Below are positions 51,321 to 63,324 of a stretch of 64,000 bases of DNA, piece after piece (the stretch's first letter is position 1; each line of letters opens with the position of its first letter). Under the pieces are notes generated by a model. The model did not search any database and had not been told where the DNA came from. It worked only from the letters and a program-made list of their open reading frames with translations. A program made the translations under genes and the position numbers. The DNA lies in the NCBI RefSeq assembly GCF_006345805.1, contig NW_021831834.1, positions 1,454-65,453 on the forward strand, in the 5' to 3' direction. Source of the stretch: Octopus sinensis. Lineage: Eukaryota.

Positions 51321-52735
51321 ATTTCTTCTATAGTATTGTTAAATATTAAATATAAATAAATATGACTTAAATTAAGAACTGGGGGTCAATCTGTTTAGCT
51401 AAAGCCTTCAAGGTAGAATCCCAGCTGAGCTTCGGTCTAATGACTGAAATGAGTAAAAGATGAAGATAAAAGATAAATTCCTTACTTTACTATTAAAATA
51501 TAGAAGACATCAATATGATTCTAACCAATCTTAAATGGTTTTTTATCTCCGTATTTCAACAACAATTAGTGGAACATCAATAGTTTTTCTGCACTCACAA
51601 GCATTTGTATAAATTTGTCTGTTTTTACTGAGGGGCTACACTAATTTTCTATGTATTGTTCCAGTTTTATTACATGTGTACTGCCAAAAATTTATACATT
51701 TTTGGACGCTGGCCAAATTCTTTAGACACATGAAATTATTATTAAAAAAGAAATTTTAAAACCTTATGTAACTTCTTCAAGGACCGTGAATCAATATGAT
51801 GGTAAACTTAACTATTCAACAAACAGATATTGATCAAATGACTAAAATTCTTGATGATAGAAGCCAAAAAAGGAGATATATGTGAACAACAACATAATGT
51901 CTATGATGATAAATTTTCTGTGAGAAATGTGGAGAAGTAGTCACCTACATATATATATTTATATATATATCATTCAACTATGGTAGTAGTTGAATAATAT
52001 TCTTAAGGCCACATGCAGAATCTTTTAGAGATTGTCACTAATTCAGTTCTTAACTAAATTGAAATCTCTTAACAGTTTTGAAGAGGAATGGTCCTTAGCT
52101 ACATTTTGGCATAAAAAATTGAAATTTGATCTGGTAGAAAAAAGTTTACATCAAAATTTGTAGCAATGTTATAAGAGAGGAAGTAACACCACCAATCAAG
52201 TTTAGATCTAAATAACTTTTTTATTTTAAAACCAAAATATATTTCCCTTAGTTTCAATGATAGAAGAAAGCATGAAGAATTTCATAATTTTGGTCCCATG
52301 CAACAAAAATTTGTATCAAAAAAGTTGTGAGGTAAAACATCATAAGAAAATATATGTAAGGCAAAAAACTGGATTTAAGTATAATCAACTTTTTCATTTT
52401 AAAAACAAACTATATTTTAATAGAGCTCAATTCTAGGAATTTCATGGTATCAATCTCATGTAATGAGGTTTTAAAAGAAAAATGTTATGAGTGTTTGTTT
52501 CTCAAATTTGAGGGTGATAATATAGTTCTATACTTTTTTATGAATATAGCTCCATAAGGGGACTTTTAATATGTCACTGGTGTCATTGAGGTAAGGAAAA
52601 ATTTATCAAACTGAAAATGGCTCTGAAAATATGGTAAATATTTCATAAAAGACCCGTTCATAACTTCGGTGTGAAATAATTTTTTCCATAGGATTTTTTT
52701 GAGTGCATTCAACCCATCTCACCGCCAAAGGTTTA

Positions 52736-52836
52736 GCTGCTATTTCTAGCACGCCTTGGTACCATGTAACAGCTATTTGCAATAAAGGATCCAAAATAGC
52801 TGTTACATGGTAGCAGGGCGTGCAAGAAATAGCAGC
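52736..52836. repeat. 43-bp inverted repeat, 15-nt loop
   Basis: 52736-52778 vs 52794-52836, 3 mismatches. Confidence 0.85.
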
Positions 52837-53084
52837 CAGATCTTACCTTTTTGTGGAAAGGTGCCGTTTATGTGTGATTTCAATGTCACATTCGAAAATA
52901 GCCAAGCCAGCATATAATGGGAAAAATGCTTTGAAAGTAATGTACCACTGAAATGTGAATACACAACAAAAGTTTTGCATAAATTGGACCGTGGATTTCT
53001 GAGATACATGGTTTTTTTGGGTACCTTGAACTATTGGTGACCCAACATGTCACAAGTAGTCTAGTATATATATATATATATATA

Positions 53085-53335
53085 TATATAAATGAAAAAT
53101 AGGATAAAATATTTATAAGAATTTATCAAGTAGTTAGCGTGAAAAACCTCATAAGGGAAAAATTTAAGTATTCCTTTTAAATATATTTATTTATATTAAG
53201 GGCATTACTATACATAAATGCCTCAGGCTAGGAGGGACTCTTAAAGTCAAAACTAACATAATAAACATTATTATAGTAGTTTTGACTTTAAGAGTCCCGC
53301 CTAGCGTGATGCCTTTATGTATAGTAATGCCCTTA

Positions 53336-53340
<5 letters not shown>
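53085..53340. mobile_element. Fold-back element in (TA)n: 64-bp arms, 21-nt loop, about 105-bp one-sided extension
   Basis: 53192-53255 vs 53277-53340, 4 mismatches. Confidence 0.85.
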
Positions 53341-53378
<38 letters not shown>

Positions 53379-53448
53379 CATAACTACTGACACTATCATC
53401 ATCATTTAACATCCATTTTCCATGATGCTGCTGATGTCAATAGTCATG

Positions 53449-53482
<34 letters not shown>

Positions 53483-55686
53483 TGACCTTGATGTGTGAAA
53501 TTGGTTGACTGAGCAAAGCATGATAAATCTAGATTACTAGTTAAAAGTTTTTCTGAGCTAGATTTCAATCCTCCTCCTCCTTCTCTTACTCGTCATCATC
53601 GTCGTCACCACAACCACCACCACCACTGTCATCATTTTATGTCTGGCATGAGTTGGGTAGTTGACTAAGTACAACCATTTATATCTTCCATCAAAACCTG
53701 TGGTTTTGTGCATATGTTAGAATTCAGTAATTTATTTATATATTTTTTTTGAAACAAATTATTGATTACAGGCATAAACATGGCTGTGTGGTGAAGAAGT
53801 TCATTTCCAAACATGTAGTTTTGAGTTCAATTCCACAATGTTGCACCTTGGGTAAATGCTTTCTACTATAGCTCTAGGTTGATCACACCTTTGAGAGTAG
53901 GTTTGGTAGACAGAAACTGAAAGGAAGGGCTTAAGCACCAACTGATCGTGGCCATTGCCAGCCTCGCCTGGCACCTGTGCCGGTGGCACATAAAAAGCAC
54001 CCACTACACTCATGGAGTGGTTGGCATTAGGAAGGGCATCCAGCCGTAGAAACACTGCCAGATCAGATTGGATCCTGGTGCAGCCTCCCAGCTTCCCAGA
54101 CCCCGGTCGAACCGTCCAACCCATGCTAGCATGGAAAACGGACATTAAACGATGATGATGATGATGATGAAATATTTGCATACATCTGCATATGCACGTA
54201 AATATTACAATCGCGTTTGCTGCAGTATTTGCATTACAATTACAAAAATTTGCATTTCTTATTTAAACTGTTCAATTTCTCATGCTCTTTCACCTTCTTT
54301 TTGTTTCTCTCTTTCTCTGCAACCCCCCCCCATCACACTGGCTATATAGTTTCTCTTTTGTCTGTAAACAAACAGTTCATTCATATGGTGTCATTTATTT
54401 CCACCATGCCCAGGCTGCTTCTTGTTTAATAAACTGAGAGATTATTATCACATTTGGAAACAGGTTGGAGTTGGTATCAGGAAGGGCATCCGAATGTGCA
54501 CAACTTTGCTCCAACATATGCTCATCTGACCCATGCAAGCATAAAAAAGTTGACATTAAAACAGTGATAATGATGATGGTAATGATGATGATGATGATGA
54601 TGATGATGATGTAGCTTAGACATCTACAAATGCTCGTAAATATTACAATGATGTTCACTGTAATATTTGCATTTCTTATTTAAACTGTTCAACTTCTCAC
54701 ACATTTTCACTTACTTTTTTTTTTACTTTATCTGCCTCCACCCCCACCCCAACACAATCTTCATATTTTCTCATTTGTCTCTCCCTGAACTGTGAGGTCA
54801 AGCTATTGCTCATTGATTAGCAAATAGCCCCATTGTTTTGTTACATGCAATTCTTTATTCTATGAAATAAGTACAATAATATATCAGACAACAGACTCTA
54901 TCTCTATTCTTGCAGCGTTCAACCAATCATTATAACTTTTCCCTCCACTTACAACTGACCATATAAGGAGTTACAAACAGTATTAATTTGAACCATCAAG
55001 AGAGCCTCTATCATCATCATCATCGTTTAGCATCCGCTTTCCATGCTACCATGGGTTGGACGGTTCAACTGGGGTCTGGAAGGCCAGAAGGCTTCACCAG
55101 GCCCAGTCAGATCTGGCAATGTTTCTACGGCTGGATGCCCTTCCTAACGCCAACCACTCTGTGAGTGTAGTGGGTGCTTTTACATGCTAGACGAGGCTGG
55201 CAAACGGCCACGATCAGATGGTGCTTTTACATGCCACCGGCACGGGGGCCAGGCGAGGCTGGCAATGGCCACGATCGGATGGTGCTTTTTACGTGTCACC
55301 AGCACAAGGCCACTCGGGGCGGCGCTGGCAACGGACACGTTCGGATGGTTCTCTTATGTACCACTGGCACTGGTATCACAGCTACAAATTCCATTGATGT
55401 TGATCGATTTCGATTTGGCGGATTTTACCAATTATTTTCATGTTTTGATTAGAGCTGCGGATTTTTGGGAGTGTATCGCGTTCATCCATACTGGTTTCTT
55501 TAATTTTCAGCCATTCAATCATGATTTGATTTTTTAGCTCATGTAGTTCTGTTGGGTCAATATTTGTGTTACTTTCTTCATCTATTTGATGTTCATCTGT
55601 CTTAGTGTTTATGATGGGTTCAGGGAGTATTTCACTTTGCCTATGACTTATACTACCTCTTTCAATCCTTAGTGCGTTATTTCTGC

Positions 55687-55852
55687 ATCTTCTTCTTCTT
55701 CTTCTTCTTCTTCTTCTTCTCTTCTTCTTCTTCTCCATCATCATCTTCTTCTCCTTCTTCTTCTCCATCATCATCATCTTCTTCTTCTTCTCTTCTTCTT
55801 CTTCTTCTTCTTCTTCTTCTCTTCTTCTTCTTCTTCTTCTTCTTCTTCTTCT
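55687..55852. repeat. (CTT)n/(CAT)n microsatellite
   Basis: Direct reading. Confidence 0.95.
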
Positions 55853-56796
55853 CATTATTATTATTGAGTGAGAGAGCAGTGCATGCCATCAAAGTGACAC
55901 TGGGATAAAATATACGAAGCCCAGTATACACATCATGACTACCCGTCTGATAAGGGTACACTAGGGAGTTTCATCACAACCATATGTGTGTGACATGATG
56001 ATCTCATATCAAGATAAACAGCACATGACCTTGCAGGGGGGGGGGGAGGTCAGTTAGAATTTTCCTCTGGTTGAGTAATCCATCCCACTCAGTGGTTGTT
56101 TTATTGAACCAGCTTGAAAGAGTAACCAAATCTCCTTTGTTGCATTTTATTATGTTAAATATAGAGAGGATACATTGAATAATGTAAACCAATACAATCC
56201 TAAAAGAAAGGGTTATGGTTCAATGCCTTCAGCCATGAGGTGTACCTGATTGGTGTTGACCTAGATCAAACAACAACAGCAAATCATTCTGCCCTCAAAT
56301 TTTTAACTGAAATTACAAAAAAAACTATGGTGTATATTAGAAACTACAAAGCAAACTTACTTAACACCACCCTCTCTCTTGTTCACTCTCCAGGTTACAC
56401 TGTAAACCATGTATGTATATCTCTCTCTCTCTCTCTCTGTATATAATTTAAATAATGAGGGTGATAAACTGAATATTAATTTAATCAACATCAATTTAAA
56501 ACCAGTAGCCTAGCATATAGAAAAATCTGAAAATTCAGAAAAATTGTATTACATCCCTTCTTATACACATGTAATATATATATATATATATGTATGTATA
56601 TATATATATATATATATAGATAAGAAAGTTTCTTTGGTAAAGCACATGGGTGAATATACAAGAAAATAGTAAAGAGTGAAAAAACGACAGAAGGCTTAAA
56701 TGTTAAAAAATATATATATTTGTGTCAAAATGTCTGGAGAATATTGGAAAAAAAATTTTTTCCTTTCCTTAAAAAGACATAATGTAAAAATTTTTA

Positions 56797-56836
56797 AAGA
56801 AATTACCGGTTTCGCGTGTAGCTTTTCAAATTTCTT
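56797..56836 (-). ncRNA. Minimal type I hammerhead ribozyme-like motif (U3-A8 core variant), inverted arm copy
   Basis: Exact reverse complement of 57478-57517. Confidence 0.7.
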
Positions 56837-57477
56837 GTGACGTTATGTTTATATTGCATGGAGTTATCGTTGTATTTATTTTCAGGAGATTTCTAAATAA
56901 GGGGAGGTAGTGAGTGATTTCTTCCGGTGTAAGGGAGATAATCGCTTAAAAATTTTTTTCCTTTTCCCTTGTTAATTTCTCTGTGTCAGTATGTTCGGAT
57001 GGTTGAGTCTGGGTTTGTACTTTTCAATGAAGAATGTTTCCTTGTTCAGTCTCATTTGTGTTGATGATCCGAAAGCACATTGGTAAAATGGGAAGATTAA
57101 CGGTAGATGGTAGATGCACACTGCATCGACAACAGATTGCATTCCCAGAATATAGAATGATACCTTTTAGTGAGCACATTGAAAAATGCGCAAAGCAACT
57201 ACTGCCACAATTTTTAATCTTCCCATTTTACCAATGTGCTTTCGGATCATCAACACAAATGAGACTGAACAAGGAAACATTCTTCATTGAAAAGTACAAA
57301 CCCAGACTCAACCATCCGAACATACTGACACAGAGAAATTAACAAGGGAAAAGGAAAAAAATTTTTAAGCGATTATCTCCCTTACACCGGAAGAAATCAC
57401 TCACTACCTCCCCTTATTTAGAAATCTCCTGAAAATAAATACAACGATAACTCCATGCAATATAAACATAATGTCAC

Positions 57478-57517
57478 AAGAAATTTGAAAAGCTACACGC
57501 GAAACCGGTAATTTCTT
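57478..57517 (+). ncRNA. Minimal type I hammerhead ribozyme-like motif (U3-A8 core variant)
   Basis: AAGAAAT-TTGAAAA-GC(TACAC)GC-GAAA-CCGG-TA-ATTTCTT: 7-bp stem I, 2-bp stem II, GAAA, palindromic ACCGGT stem III, GUA cleavage triplet. Confidence 0.72.
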
Positions 57518-57651
57518 TAAAAATTTTAAAATTATGTCTTTTTAAGGAAAGGAAAAAATTTTTTTTCCAATATTCTCCAGACATTTTGACACAAATATAT
57601 ATATTTTTTAACATTTAAGCATTCTGTCGTTTTTTCACTCTTTACTATTTT

Positions 57652-57686
<35 letters not shown>

Positions 57687-59459
57687 GATTACAATGGTTT
57701 TAGAACATCCACTACCACTGCGAATTGAATTACTTAAGTAACACAATCCTTCAATTTCTTTTAGAGGATTGTGATTGTCCATTTATTTGAAAGAATCTAT
57801 TTCAATGTGTTCTTAGGGTTTATTGCTTCCATTCATCTGCCACATATTCATCTCCCTTCTCAGTTAGCCTGCCTGTGATTTCACTACATCTGTTTTACAT
57901 TGGGGACATCATATCTTATGCATCTCAAGCATGTCCATTTCACTGATGGTAGAAGAGTCCTTTTATCTGTTACTAGTTTCATTCATGAAAGTGTGACCAT
58001 GCTGGGGTACTGCTCTGATGGGTTTAGTAGAACAAATCAACCCCAGTACTGGTATTTTTAAATCTGGTACTTACTCTATTGGTCCTTATTGCTAAATCAC
58101 AGGTTATCAAACAGTGGAGGGGACAAACACAAAGATACATACACATGCATGCATGTGTATGTGTGTGGTGCTGGTTGGTACTGGGAAGGGCATCCAGCTG
58201 TAGAAACTAGGCCAAAGCAAATTATGGGACCTTGTGCAGCTCCTAGCCTTGCCAACTCCTGTCATTCCATCCAACCCATGCCAGCATGGAAAATGAAAGT
58301 CAAATGATGATGATGATGATGTATATGACAGTGCTCTACACATTTTCTATCTACCAAAATCACTGACAAGGTGTTAGTCAGCTTGGGGTTATAGTAGAAG
58401 ATACTTGCCCATGATGGTGCACACTGGGACTAAAACCAAAACCATGTGGTTGTAAAGCAAACTTCTTACCTGCACAGCCATGTTTGTTAGCTAATCTTTG
58501 AGGATTGTGAAGTTTGGGGCTTCCTTCTTGCTTTCCAGGTGTATTATGAAAGGAAGTGTTAAAAGTCACAATCTAGATCGTAGGTGTGTGTCTTGCCTTT
58601 TATGATTCTTATTTCTTTATTTCCCACAAGGAGCTAAACATAGAGGGGACAAACAAGGACAGACAAAGGTATTAAGTCGATTACATCGACCCCAGTGCAT
58701 AACTGGTACTTTATTTATCGACCCCGAAAGGATGAAAGGCAAAGTCAACCTCAGCGGAATTTGAACTCAGAATGTAACGGCAGACAAAATACCGCTAAGC
58801 ATTTCGCCCGGCATGCTAACGATTCTGCCAGCTCGCTGCCTTCAAAATACTTGCCTTTTATGCTTCTGCCTTCTTTATGCAGTTTTTGGTGTCTTATTTT
58901 GGGAAGGGTGTTTGATTAGTGGGTTTACTTTCTGTTGTTGCTTGAGCATGTTATTTGTGGTGGTTATTAAGATATGTGATGTAGTATCATCATCAATCAT
59001 CATTATTTAACATCTGTTTTCCATGTTGTCATGGGTTGAACAGTTTGGTTGGGTCTGGGGAGAGGCAGGGCTGTGTCGAGCTTCAGCATCAGATTTAGCG
59101 TACTTCTTCAGCTGGATGCCTTCCTAATGCCAACCACCTTACAGTCAGCACTGAGTGCTGCTCTTGTGCTACAAGCACTTGTGAGATTATAAAGTAATTT
59201 GCAAAGCAGGAAAAAAATGAAGGGATGGCTGTTATTAATGCTGTTAATTACTTCGAACAGTGTCTCACTGTTTATTTTGTGGCTTATGTACGATAAAAAC
59301 GTTTGCTAGTTTTTTACATTTATTTATTGTATTTTCTGGAAGCTGAGTTTTTATTGTGTGATGTTACAATGTTATCCCAGTGTGGTGTGTAGTTATCCCT
59401 ATTTTTATCAAATGGCTATTTTAGCTATGTAATTTTTAAAATTTATTTATGTGCCCTTT

Positions 59460-59735
59460 TCAAGCCTAGTTTCCTGGTCTCTGTGGTATATGTGTTCCCC
59501 CCAGCTGGATGGGATGCCAGTCCATCACAGCATTACTCAAAAAAGAGGAAGAGAGAGTGAGAGAAAGTTGTGGCGAAAGAGTATAACAGGGATCACTACC
59601 ACCCCCTGTCGGAGCCTCATGGAGCTTTAGGTGTTTTTGCTCAATGAACACACACAACGCCCTGTCTGGTAATCGAAACTGTGATCCTTCAACCACGAGT
59701 CCGCTGCCCTAACCATTGGGCCATTGTGCCTCCAG
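59460..59735 (-). repeat. tRNA-derived SINE (family E)
   Basis: Minus head GGAGGCACAATGGCCCAATGGTTAGGGCAGCGGACTCG...GTTTCGATTACC. Confidence 0.7.
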
Positions 59736-60601
59736 CTATGTAATTAGGGACATATTTATGTCGTCAGGTCTCAATAAAGCATTCTTTGAATACATAGAGT
59801 ATGACTGTAGCTAACAAAAAGTGTTGCTATGAATAAATACATTGGTGACCAAAGTGTAATGTATAAAGACCAGGTATTATTGAGTGAGAGAGCAGTGCAT
59901 GCCATCAAAGTGACACTGGGATAAAATATACGAAGCCCAGTATACACATCATGACTACCCGTCTTATAAGGGTACACTAGGGACATTCATCACAACCATA
60001 TGTGTGTGACATGATGATCTCATATCAAGATAAACAGCACATGACCTTGCAGGGGGGGGGGGGGCTCAGTTAGAATTTTCCTCTGGTTGAGTAATCCATC
60101 CCACTCAGTGGTTGTTTTATTGAACCAGCTTGAAAGAGTAACCAAATCTCCTTTGTTGCATTTTATTATGTTAAATATAGAGAGGAAACATTGAATAATG
60201 TAAACCAATACAATCCTAAAAGAAAGAGTTATGGTTCAATGCCTTCAGCCATGAGGTGTACCTGATTGGTGTTGACCTAGATCAAACAACAACAGCAAAT
60301 CATTCTGCCCTCAAATTTTTAACTGAAATTACAAAAAAAACTATGGTGTATATTAGAAACTACAAAGCAAACTTACTTAACACCACCCTCTCTCTTGTTC
60401 ACTCTCCAGGTTACACTGTAAACCATGTATGTATATCTCTCTCTCTCTCTCTCCCTCTCTCTCTCTCTGTATATAATTTAAATAATGAGGGTGATAAATT
60501 GAATATTAATTTAATCAACATCAATTTAAAACCAGTAGCCTAGCATATAGAAAAATCTGAAAATTCAGAAAAATTATATTACATCCCTTCTTATACACAT
60601 G

Positions 60602-60650
<49 letters not shown>

Positions 60651-61789
60651 ATATAAATGATTACAATGTTTTTAGAACATCCACTACCACTGTGAATTGA
60701 ATTACTTAAGTAACACAATCCATCAATTTCGCCTGGCATGCTAACGATTCTGCCAGGTCGCTGTCTTCAAAATACTTGCCTTTTATGCTTCTGCCTTCTT
60801 TATGCACTTTTACACTGTAAACCATGTATGTATATCTCTATCTATCTCTCTCTCCCTCTCATTAGATATAGAGAGATCAGATATGAGTAAATACAGAATA
60901 AGGAAAAGAAAGAGAAGAGATATGAGAAGCTAAGTTAAACAAATGTGAACTGTTTGAGATGATCTCCAGAATATTATTGAGAGAGGAGGCACTGATTGCC
61001 ATAGGTACAGAATACTTAAACACTTTTAATTCAGTTTTTAAGAAAATTATTAGATGTCTAAATTTTAGTCAGTTCAGATTGGATCGTCCTTCCCATGACC
61101 ATCTCATCTAATTATCAAACAATTTAACTAGGGCTATATTATCCAATATTTCAATCTTTTTAAAGACTGTAAGATATGGTTTGAAGAGAATTTACTTGCT
61201 ATTTTTTGCAGGTTAAACGACCACATAGAAGTTCCTTTAGATTGGCTGTAGATGTAAGAGGTTATTTAGTTTTAAGAATTAGGCTTACCTCATTAATGTC
61301 TACATGCGTCCATAAAATATCAATGTGTGTTAGTTTCTTCCATTAGTAATTCCCATATACCTGAAACTGATGAGCCATTAACCCATATTACATCAGAAAC
61401 CTTTGTTCCATAAGTAACTTTCTAGGACCAAAGTATTCTCTTCTCTTAAAATATTACCACGCAAAACTGAATGCATATAAAATCTAGTCACTTCTTCAGT
61501 GAAAGCTAATGTCTTGGTTATTCATTCTTCACAGTTATTCAAATCTGAAAACAGCTGACCTTGAAGGAAGTTTAAGACAACTGGCAATTAACTCAGTTGC
61601 TTGATGGTTAATTAAGCCATCAAGCCACTTACAATTAGCAAAAAAAGATTACAGACAATCAAATGACTGATAATTAATCAATCACATATAGAGCAGGTGC
61701 TGCTCCCAACATTGCAGTAATTTTTTTATTGATAGAAAGAGAGAGGGAGGGAGGGAGAGAGAGAGAGAGAGAGAGAGAGAATATATATA

Positions 61790-62330
61790 CAGGTTGTCCC
61801 AAAATTAAGGCAACCAATTTTTTTCAATTTTGCCAAAGCAAAATATTGTTATATTTTGGGTCTGAGCATTGCAAAGCAATGGTAAAGGATACACAATTAT
61901 GACACTACCACATTTATTCGATATGACCACCTCTGTTTCGAATCACAGCCTAGGTGTGAATGCTTCACACATGGCACACAGCTGTTCATGTGGAATTGAA
62001 GCCAATTCCTAGTGCAGTTTCATCTTCAGTGTGTTGAGCAAAGTATGAGGAGTGCTCAAGACCCTTGTCTCCAAAATGGATCTAACAGAAAAATCTAATT
62101 GGTTGAGATTGGGGCTTCTTGAGGGCCATGGATCCTTGCCTATGAATGACAGAATGCTTTTCTGAATCCAGTGTTGTATCTGTTTGAAGCTGTTGGATGC
62201 TCCAAGGAGCACATTGAAAATGCTCTGAAGTGTAATGTCACACATCCGACAGCGTGTAAGTGCCCTGAGAGAAATGTTGGATATAAGAAGCATCGGATGT
62301 GGCATGCAAGAGAGATGTTTGTGCTGATAT
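61790..62330 (-). mobile_element. maT-like mariner 3' remnant with TIR
   Basis: TA|CAGGTTGTCCCAAAA terminus; KDPWPSRSPNLNQLDFSVRSILE. Confidence 0.8.
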
Positions 62331-62334
62331 GGTC

Positions 62335-63012
62335 ATGTACTACGGATGGAGGAGGAGGTGTGTGTGAAGAAGTGCCACTCCCAAACAGTTGAAGGAATCC
62401 GGGGTAGAGGTAGACCTAGGAAGACATGGGATGAGCAAGACCTTCAAACATTGGGCCTCACAGAAGCAATGATAAAAGACCAAGACTTCTGGAGATATGC
62501 TGTGACTGTGAAGACCCGACAAATAAAGTGAGTTCATAGTTGTATCCTACACCAGTTTCACATAACCAGCCCCAGCCAATTCAAAAGTACCTTGGAATGT
62601 AGGACAACCTGCTGTGCTTACCTTGGATCGTAGGGTGACCTGCTGTGCTTGAGGAGATCTATTGAGTCAAGTACATCAACATCAAAATAAAAATCAAATG
62701 GAAATTGTAGTTGTAATACCCATGCCAGTGGCACATAAAAAGCACCAACCAAACATGGCCAATGCCAGTGCCACCTTGACTGGCTTCTGTGCTGGTGGCA
62801 CGTAAAAAGCACCAACCAATTGTGGCCGTTGCCAGCCTTTTCTGGCCCCTGTGCCAGTGGTGCGTAAAAAGCACCCACTACACTCACAGAATGGTTGGTG
62901 TTAGGAAGGGCATCCAGCTGTAGAAACACTGACTTGCTTGTTCTTGTCAAACCATCCAACCCATGCTAGCATGGAAAGTCAACGTCAAATGCTGAAGATG
63001 GTGATGATGATG
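62335..63012 (+). mobile_element. RTE-LINE 3' end
   Basis: CVKKCHSQTVEGIRGRGRPRKTWDE plus 3' UTR and GAT tail. Confidence 0.88.
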
Positions 63013-63324
63013 CATACACACATTCAAATTATGTGTTAGAAGCAGCTTAATACTGTACATATAATCAGTAATTAATACTTAACGTATGTGAGTTGTTAAA
63101 ATGCTAAGAACTGTGTTCTTCTGTCTGGGAAAGATCCCTTTAAAGATATATAGAGTTAAAAAATGCAATATACGTCAAAGCTAGGTAAAACAAAACAGCT
63201 CTGTGAGTAAACAAGATTGACAAATACTGATTTTGCAGTTATTTGTTGCTTATCAATGCTGTGTATTCACCTTATTTCTGAAACAAAATAGAAGTTCCCA
63301 GCCTGAAATGTATATATAAATAGT

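Larger units (their letters stand above)
56619..57654 (+). mobile_element. 5'-truncated Penelope-like element (GIY-YIG C-terminus plus pLTR) with inverted duplicate arm
   Basis: TLHRQQI..PEYRMIPFSEHIEKCA..FLIFPFYQ..RLNKETFFIEKYKPRLN (PLE GIY-YIG C-terminal pattern ending KPxLN). Arms 56660-57100 and 57214-57654, about 6 differences. Confidence 0.85.
55859..60730. repeat. Local segmental duplication: copy 1 at 55859-57758 (interrupted by the Penelope-like insert), copy 2 at 59875-60730
   Basis: Near-identical 856-bp block including unique sequence; ORFs 56240 and 60256 are identical over 65 aa. Confidence 0.93.
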
